This document shows positions 58,183 to 64,000 of a stretch of DNA of 64,000 nucleotides, piece by piece. Every line of letters begins with the position of its first letter. Position 1 is the stretch's first letter. A program made the position numbers and the translations under genes. The stretch is taken from IMG/VR virus record IMGVR_UViG_3300012956_000001, positions 153,730 to 217,729 of that record. The stretch is one strand, 5' to 3'. Source of the stretch: a virus. Lineage: Duplodnaviria > Heunggongvirae > Uroviricota > Caudoviricetes. The notes beneath the pieces are model-generated. The model worked only from the letters and a program-made list of their open reading frames with translations. It was not told the DNA's origin and ran no database searches.

Positions 58183-58445
58183 AATTTTGTGACCCATATA
58201 ATTTGCCTATAGAAATTGGTGACGGCGTTATAAACATGGATTTATTTCCTACAAGATATCCAATTTCAGGCGGATTTCCATACTCTAGAGAAGATATAGC
58301 GACTGTCATAGAAGTTGGACCGGCCTCGGGATCTAGCGACGGGCATCGTTACGCACAGGTAACCATACAATGGCCACCTAGATATGGCAGCTCCGGCACA
58401 TACACATACCAAGCAGCAAGTTTGTTACTCGTATCTAAACCATAG
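58179..58445 (+). CDS. hypothetical protein
   Basis: ATGA overlap at 58179-58182. Confidence 0.3.
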   Translation: MKFCDPYNLPIEIGDGVINMDLFPTRYPISGGFPYSREDIATVIEVGPASGSSDGHRYAQVTIQWPPRYGSSGTYTYQAASLLLVSKP

Positions 58446-58454
58446 GAGGTTGGT

Positions 58455-58739
58455 GTGACGAATCACGAAACCAATCCTTTGCTAGAATTAGCAAAGGATG
58501 AAGCTATACAGAAAAAAAACAAAGTAGTTTTCGATGGAGTCTTTGGTAGAAAATACCCAGGCTGTTCTGTCGATTTTGAGAAAAACGTTATTACCTGTGA
58601 AGAAGATGGTGTCGTAACGTCGATGTCATTCGCGGTGGCAATTCAATTAATGGTATTGCACAATATGAACATGGATGATATTGTGGAAAATCTCCGTAGT
58701 CTATTTGAAATTCTAGACGTTGATGGACAATTAATATAA
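58455..58739 (+). CDS. hypothetical protein
   Basis: GTG start after GGAGG. Confidence 0.3.
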   Translation: MTNHETNPLLELAKDEAIQKKNKVVFDGVFGRKYPGCSVDFEKNVITCEEDGVVTSMSFAVAIQLMVLHNMNMDDIVENLRSLFEILDVDGQLI

Positions 58740-59539
58740 TGTCAAATGTTACATTGATTATTCCGTCGTATCGTAATCCCAAGTATCTTGATCTCTGCCT
58801 TAAGTCAGCAGTCGAAAATCGAGTTGATCCAAAGAACGGAATCACTGTCATACTAGATGGCTATGTCGAAGAAAATCGTGAAGTGATTGCTTTATATGAA
58901 GATGCTGTAGATTTTATTGAACTAGAAGAAAATCAAGGCATGCAAACGGCACTCAACTACGGCGTAATGCAAGCCACTACACCATATGTCTTTATTATCA
59001 ATGACGACAATGTAATGCCTAAGGAATGGGATACTCGTCTCATGAAAGATGTGTTGGTAATGGGCGATAAGTTTGCACTTACTGTCGATCAGATAGAACC
59101 CACAGGACCAGGCATGTTCAAGTTTCCGGTTCATGATTTGGGGCAAGATGTAGATTCATTCGACTATAAAGCTTGGTTAGAATATGAATATTCTACAAAA
59201 CAAATGATGGTCGCCGGTGATGGCCGAATCTTTCCATTTGTTATGAAGAAGAAGTATTATCTGGCGTGCGGTGGGTTTGATACGTTTTATGATAGTCCAA
59301 ATATCTGTGATTGGGATTTCTTTTTGAAATTGGAATTGCTTGGGTTCAGCTTCCCACGCACCAGATCATTACGACTCTATCATTTTGGATCGGTGGCTAC
59401 AAAGAAAAATGCAGAGTCTACTCAGTTCACAGAACGTGAACGACATGCATATGAAATGTATAATTGGAAGTGGGGCGCACTACCATACAACGGTAATCAA
59501 AATACAAAAATTCATCCGAGCGGATTCAGAGGGTTTTAA
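58739..59539 (+). CDS. glycosyltransferase family 2 (GT-A)
   Basis: LIIPSYRNPKYLDLCLKS and FIINDDN (DxD). Confidence 0.6.
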   Translation: MSNVTLIIPSYRNPKYLDLCLKSAVENRVDPKNGITVILDGYVEENREVIALYEDAVDFIELEENQGMQTALNYGVMQATTPYVFIINDDNVMPKEWDTRLMKDVLVMGDKFALTVDQIEPTGPGMFKFPVHDLGQDVDSFDYKAWLEYEYSTKQMMVAGDGRIFPFVMKKKYYLACGGFDTFYDSPNICDWDFFLKLELLGFSFPRTRSLRLYHFGSVATKKNAESTQFTERERHAYEMYNWKWGALPYNGNQNTKIHPSGFRGF

Positions 59540-59541
59540 TC

Positions 59542-60087
59542 ATGATTCAGGTTATTGGTATTTCTGGCAAGGCCGGAAGCGGCAAAGATTACATCAGTCA
59601 TCAGTATCTTGCCCCATTGGGATTCAAACAATGGAGCCTGGCTTGGCACTTTAAGGTGTGGATTGTGGGCAAGGGGCTGGCAACACACGAAGAAACATTT
59701 GTGACCAAGCCGCCACATATTCGGAACGAACTTCAACTTGAGGGAACCGAACGTGGTCGAATGGTATATGGCGACGATGTATGGTGTGAGACCGCCCGTG
59801 AATGGTTTACGGTGTTACATGAACAATGGGGGATTGATAAGTTTGTGATCCCCGATGTTAGATTTCCAAATGAAGTAAAATTCATAAGAAATATGGGCGG
59901 CAAAGTTATCAGATTACATGCACCCAATAGAATTTTAAACAGTTCGTTGACTGAATCTGCCCGCCAGCACATTAGCGAAACTGCTCTGGATCATTTCATA
60001 CCAGCACAATTCGATGGCATCATAAACAACGATCCCGAATATGCACACACAGTACAAGATCAATTAATGCATATATTGGCACAATAA
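59542..60087 (+). CDS. P-loop kinase resembling T4 gp1 deoxynucleoside-monophosphate kinase
   Basis: MIQVIGISGKAGSGKDYIS vs T4 gp1 MKLIFLSGVKRSGKDTTADF. Confidence 0.55.
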   Translation: MIQVIGISGKAGSGKDYISHQYLAPLGFKQWSLAWHFKVWIVGKGLATHEETFVTKPPHIRNELQLEGTERGRMVYGDDVWCETAREWFTVLHEQWGIDKFVIPDVRFPNEVKFIRNMGGKVIRLHAPNRILNSSLTESARQHISETALDHFIPAQFDGIINNDPEYAHTVQDQLMHILAQ

Positions 60088-60104
60088 TACAACTAAAGGT
60101 TATC

Positions 60105-60848
60105 ATGAAAAAGCTAAATTTGATATTCGATCTTGACGATACACTGGTGGATTGTAGTAAGTTCTATAAGCAGCAACAGGAAGCATTTGCACAATATCAG
60201 CACGAACGCACGGGCTTGTCTGTTGACCTAATTAAAAAGGTTCGTGAAGACATCGACGTTAACTTTATGTCTACACCAGATGGGTTTAGCCGTGCCAGAT
60301 TTCCACGATCATTTGCCGCTACATCAATGACCATTGATATGATGTTGGGCAATTCTATGGATGAAGAAGCTGCGAGGCAAAGTTTTGAACTGGGTGATCT
60401 AGTATTTGACGCGGAGTATCCACTATGCCCCGGTGTAGATGTCATGTTATCAGCATACAAAGATGCCGGTCATAATTTGTTTCTTGTCACAAAGGGCGAT
60501 TTTGCCGTACAAACCAAAAAGATAGAAATGAACGGCTTATCGAACTGGTTTTCTACTGACAAAATCTATATTGTTGCACAAAAGTCACACGTAGAATATG
60601 GTCGAGTGTTGCATGATCACCACTTAGACAAATCAGATACTTGTATTATTGGTGATTCAATACGTGATGACATGATTAGTGCTGAACACCTTGCAGTTTC
60701 TTGTGTATGGGTACACGGTAGGCACAATACCGGCTGGTCATATGAAAATGCAAAATATAAACCAATATTCAGTATAGAACATGCTGCAGATCTTGTAACT
60801 TTAATTGACCCAATTACTGGAAAGTTGTTGGCTGATCCCCTCGTGTGA
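60105..60848 (+). CDS. HAD-superfamily hydrolase (phosphatase)
   Basis: IFDLDDTLVD motif I, VTKGD motif III-like, IGDSIRDD motif IV. Confidence 0.6.
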   Translation: MKKLNLIFDLDDTLVDCSKFYKQQQEAFAQYQHERTGLSVDLIKKVREDIDVNFMSTPDGFSRARFPRSFAATSMTIDMMLGNSMDEEAARQSFELGDLVFDAEYPLCPGVDVMLSAYKDAGHNLFLVTKGDFAVQTKKIEMNGLSNWFSTDKIYIVAQKSHVEYGRVLHDHHLDKSDTCIIGDSIRDDMISAEHLAVSCVWVHGRHNTGWSYENAKYKPIFSIEHAADLVTLIDPITGKLLADPLV

Positions 60849-60892
60849 TACTTATACGTGTAGTTTGCTGTATAATTTCACAGGAGAACAAT

Positions 60893-61219
60893 ATGTTGCA
60901 GGATACTTTGGCAGTAGTTACACCAACAACCGGATCGGAATTGATCTTGTATTGGGTCACATTGCTAGCAGGCGCAGCATCTGGATATGCTGTAAAGGGT
61001 CTTGAAAAGGTAAAGGCATTCGCTGGTAAGTTGACCGAATTTGTTAAGCTAGCCGTAGTTGCTGGTCTATCATTTGTAGGCCTAAAGTTCGCTGTATATT
61101 TTGGCCTTGCTCTACCAGACAATCCTCTAAGCTGGGACCCAATTGCAGTAAACACGGCATTGTCCACCATACTAGGTTATGTCGTTGCTAAGACTGGTCT
61201 GGTAAAAAAGACTTCATAA
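60893..61219 (+). CDS. small membrane protein with 3 hydrophobic helices (holin-like topology)
   Basis: start at ATG 60893 after AGGAGA; LILYWVTLLAGAASGYAV, LAVVAGLSFVGLKFAVYFGLAL. Confidence 0.4.
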   Translation: MLQDTLAVVTPTTGSELILYWVTLLAGAASGYAVKGLEKVKAFAGKLTEFVKLAVVAGLSFVGLKFAVYFGLALPDNPLSWDPIAVNTALSTILGYVVAKTGLVKKTS

Positions 61220-61250
61220 AAACCCTCTGATACTCGGAGTATCAACTATC

Positions 61251-61700
61251 ATGTCTCGTATTCTTAAGAATCTTTTTGTATTTATGGCACTGGTCGGATG
61301 TACACCGGCCTTGTCAGCAGCTCCAGTTGTAAAGCCTGCCGCAAAGACCGCAATTGCTCGTCCAGCTATGGCCACCGCGATTGTTGCTGGTGACACCATT
61401 CTTGTTCGTGCAACTTGTGACACCGACGCACCAAGCGTTGCTTGCTTCATCACGGTTCGTGACTCCATCGCAGGCACCACCGTTCTAAATAACGTTCGCG
61501 TTACCTTGGGACAGACCGTTTCCCTACCGCCACGACTTTGTACAGTTCCGGGTCCGGTGGTATATACAGCGTCATTTGTAGGTGTTACTGCGTCAGGCCG
61601 TACCTCAGCAACAACAAACGCACGTGGCGAAGTAACATGCGACCCAGCGGCCGCACCAGCCCGTGCAACTTTGATAGTCGAAATCCGACCAGGCGGTTAA
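61251..61700 (+). CDS. secreted/lipoprotein of unknown function
   Basis: signal peptide MSRILKNLFVFMALVGCTPALSAA with lipobox-like LVGC; GC elevated. Confidence 0.45.
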   Translation: MSRILKNLFVFMALVGCTPALSAAPVVKPAAKTAIARPAMATAIVAGDTILVRATCDTDAPSVACFITVRDSIAGTTVLNNVRVTLGQTVSLPPRLCTVPGPVVYTASFVGVTASGRTSATTNARGEVTCDPAAAPARATLIVEIRPGG

Positions 61701-61701
61701 T

Positions 61702-63201
61702 ATGAATATCACGCGAAAATTACTCGCGTGGGCATCATTGGTGGCGTTGGGGTATATCACTCCAGCGCCACTTGTTGCTCAAGCGCAGGTAAGCTTATCT
61801 CATTGGATCGTACAACCAGCAGAAGTAAAGGATATAGATTCACTAGAAGTTGTCATAAAGAATATCGGTGGAACATTGGAAAAACCCGATATTAAGATGT
61901 ATTTGATTCATGCACCTTGGTTAGCTGCACGCGACTCACTATTCCTACGTACCGACGCAAGTCGATATGGTGTGGTTGGAAAGCACGTTGCAGTAACTGG
62001 TCCGTGGAAGCGGTTTATATCGTTTATTGAATTGGATGGTTTGGTAGAAATTGCCCCCGATTCTCTTATTGATAATGAGGCAGCAAGTCCTCAAAGTTTT
62101 GCTGTTTGGTCAATTCCCTTTCACGGCGCTGATTTAGCATGGCAAATGGGTGCCCGTGGACAAGGCACCGTCGGCGCAGGCGCGGATACTGGAATTGACC
62201 AATTTCATAGAGAGTTTAGTGGTCGATTTCTTCGTGGACTTAATGTTGGCACGAACGGCACTAATCCGGTAGATTCGACCAATTTTACGGATACCATCGG
62301 TGGATGTAATGGGCACGGAACACACACCACCAGTAGTATTGTCGGTGCTACGGTTGGCATGGCACCAGATGCATCTGCTGTACATTATCGTGTATTTGAT
62401 AGTGGCGGCGGAGGATGCTTGGCCTATGCCTCATCGACAACTAGGGCGATTCTTGACGCAACCCGCGTCGGCTACGATGCAGTAAATGTCAGTATCGGCC
62501 ACGGCGGCTTGCCTTATTCACTTGGGGTTGCGGTCACCGGATTTAGAAATGCTGGCGGCATAGTTTGTGGGTCCAATGGCAACAGTGGAACGTCGGGACT
62601 TTTTGCGCCTGCAGGATTTGCAGACGCAGTCGCATCGGCCGCCGTGGATGGGTCTGGTAATAGAGCAGGCTTTTCACAGTATGGTGCTGAAACAGATTTT
62701 GGGTCCGCAGGCGTTGGTGTCAATGGCGCTATGCCCGGTGGTGGATATGCCGCTAAATCCGGCACTTCTATGGCAAGTCCAACCACATGCGGACTATTCT
62801 TACAATTATTTAGTACACCAGAATTTAAAGCAATGGCAAGAAATCGTGCCAAAGTAGATTCAGCACAAGCGCTACTCTGTGCAAGTGCAGAACGTAAACC
62901 GGCCGGTGGTCGAGATGTATACACAGGCTGCGGAACCCCAAATATAGCACGTGCCATTGCTATGATGCGTGGCGGCGTAGAAATTGCGGGAGTAAAAACG
63001 GACACCATTCCACCAGCAGCACAAATTCCACCATCTACATGTAAAACGGTGGTATCAACAAAACCGTGGTCAGCAACAACTGATTCACCGTGGATTACGT
63101 TATCATCTACACCAACACAACTATGTTATAGTGTCAATCCTAGTTTAATTCCAGCAGGCGTGTCAAGTACTACAGCTATTATCAATTATAGATCAAATTA
63201 A
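61702..63201 (+). CDS. secreted subtilisin-like serine protease (peptidase S8)
   Basis: signal peptide; Asp GADTGID, His NGHGTHTTS, Ser GTSMASP catalytic triad motifs. Confidence 0.85.
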   Translation: MNITRKLLAWASLVALGYITPAPLVAQAQVSLSHWIVQPAEVKDIDSLEVVIKNIGGTLEKPDIKMYLIHAPWLAARDSLFLRTDASRYGVVGKHVAVTGPWKRFISFIELDGLVEIAPDSLIDNEAASPQSFAVWSIPFHGADLAWQMGARGQGTVGAGADTGIDQFHREFSGRFLRGLNVGTNGTNPVDSTNFTDTIGGCNGHGTHTTSSIVGATVGMAPDASAVHYRVFDSGGGGCLAYASSTTRAILDATRVGYDAVNVSIGHGGLPYSLGVAVTGFRNAGGIVCGSNGNSGTSGLFAPAGFADAVASAAVDGSGNRAGFSQYGAETDFGSAGVGVNGAMPGGGYAAKSGTSMASPTTCGLFLQLFSTPEFKAMARNRAKVDSAQALLCASAERKPAGGRDVYTGCGTPNIARAIAMMRGGVEIAGVKTDTIPPAAQIPPSTCKTVVSTKPWSATTDSPWITLSSTPTQLCYSVNPSLIPAGVSSTTAIINYRSN

Positions 63202-63238
63202 TGAAATGCCTCGGCGTAACCCGAGTGGAGATACAGTA

Positions 63239-64000
63239 ATGAAAATTATAAAAGCAGCATTGGCACTATGTTTGTGGTTGGTACCATCTGTAATGGTTGC
63301 ACAAAAGCCTACATCTGTTCGTATAACAACGGTAGATATGGTCGATTCGGTAAAAATCACCGTATCGTGGCCCAAGCTTACCAACTATAACACCTACGAT
63401 GTGTTAACCTTCAGCAATCCTCGATTGTTTGAAACAGAACAACTTCGTATCGTTACTGGTACAAGTTGGTCTTTGTTTATACCAAAGAGCAAATTAGTTG
63501 ATGGATTAAAGTTTTACGCCAGCGTCCGCGCGTCATCAACACCGACATATGGATCTATAACATATACGCCGGTTGTGACTCCGCCGCCGGATACAGTAAT
63601 TGTCACCCCACCACCAACAGATACCGTAGTTACTCCGCCGCCAGTTGTGGTGCCGCCATTTGATGGTTCTTTGCCACCACACCCACGAGTTTGGATGGAT
63701 GCCTCTCGTATAACACATTTAAAAGCTCAACGGGCTGCTAATGCGGTTCGTTGGACGCGAGTTTTGGCTGCAGCGGATGGTCAGGTTGGCCGAACCACAT
63801 TTAACATCGTTGATCTGGACAAGGTACCCGATCTTTGTTTGGTGTACCTTGCCACGGATGATGTACGATATGCACAGCGAGTAGGCGTAATTCTTACAGC
63901 ATATGCTACAGAGGCAAACAACCTTACTGGTGATTCTGGTTATGGTGTAAGATTCAACTTGCCGCTTGTTACTATGGGACTAGATTGGTGTTACAACGGA
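63239..64000 (+). CDS. partial secreted protein (continues beyond window): signal peptide, beta-rich domain, Pro/Thr-rich linker, then possible polysaccharide-lyase-like domain
   Basis: MKIIKAALALCLWLVPSVMVAQ signal peptide; TPPPDTVIVTPPPTDTVVTPPPVVVPP linker; open to window end. Confidence 0.4.
   Translation, partial: MKIIKAALALCLWLVPSVMVAQKPTSVRITTVDMVDSVKITVSWPKLTNYNTYDVLTFSNPRLFETEQLRIVTGTSWSLFIPKSKLVDGLKFYASVRASSTPTYGSITYTPVVTPPPDTVIVTPPPTDTVVTPPPVVVPPFDGSLPPHPRVWMDASRITHLKAQRAANAVRWTRVLAAADGQVGRTTFNIVDLDKVPDLCLVYLATDDVRYAQRVGVILTAYATEANNLTGDSGYGVRFNLPLVTMGLDWCYNG

Noticed and set aside
1-64000. CRISPR array
   Set aside because: No regularly spaced direct repeats of 24-48 nt observed anywhere in the window.

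Overview
The window reads as one contiguous, co-directional stretch of a large T4-like myovirus genome. Every convincing gene is on the + strand, tightly packed, with frequent ATGA/TAATG start-stop overlaps.

Gene order, 5' to 3':
(i) 1-10.2 kb: tail/baseplate module. It holds a tape-measure protein with a Gly-rich C-terminus, a LysM-like small tail protein, and a 1031-aa hub protein with an M23 peptidase domain.
(ii) 10.2-12.9 kb: a highly diverged, minimal family-A polymerase-like gene, translationally coupled to a C-terminally truncated UDP-glucose dehydrogenase-family gene.
(iii) 13-37 kb: a T4-type replication/recombination and nucleotide-metabolism module. It contains gp32-like SSB, UvsX, RNase H/FEN, a gp41-like helicase, class II RNR (NrdJ), thioredoxin, dUTPase, family-B DNA polymerase, ATP-dependent ligase, a gp45-like clamp and gp44/gp62 clamp loader. 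Interrupting it are two related AT-rich HNH homing endonucleases, a Cys-rich mini-ORF/vWA/thioredoxin operon, a Rossmann (SLOG-like) protein, an NAD+ salvage pair (bifunctional NMNAT-Nudix plus Nampt/NadV) with a repeated ~30-nt upstream element, a pol-beta-type nucleotidyltransferase, and several insertions of unknown genes inside the clamp/clamp-loader operon.
(iv) 37-41 kb: a Cas4-like PD-(D/E)xK nuclease, HAD hydrolases and a metallophosphoesterase.
(v) 41-61 kb: a ~20-kb sugar/glycan-modification island. It begins with an unlisted RHH-like small ORF. It contains GT4, GT-A and GT2 glycosyltransferases, a GT-methyltransferase fusion, RibB (DHBP synthase), an APH/choline-kinase-like kinase, a LicC-like nucleotidyltransferase, HAD phosphatases, a transaldolase-family enzyme, two tandem paralogs, three SAM methyltransferases, an SDR epimerase/dehydratase and a T4 gp1-like P-loop kinase. 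It also holds a NUMOD3/Vsr-like homing endonuclease and an SPFH lipoprotein. One GT4 gene is interrupted by an in-frame TGA.
(vi) 61-64 kb: secreted proteins of elevated GC: a lipoprotein, a subtilisin-like S8 protease, and a partial FN3/Pro-rich, possibly lyase-like, protein.

No CRISPR array, rRNA or tRNA was seen. Several intrinsic-terminator-like hairpins, two 12-14-bp perfect inverted repeats and a recurring ACTAYTTATAG-like intergenic motif are present.

All identifications rest on motif-level reading of the translations. No database search was run.
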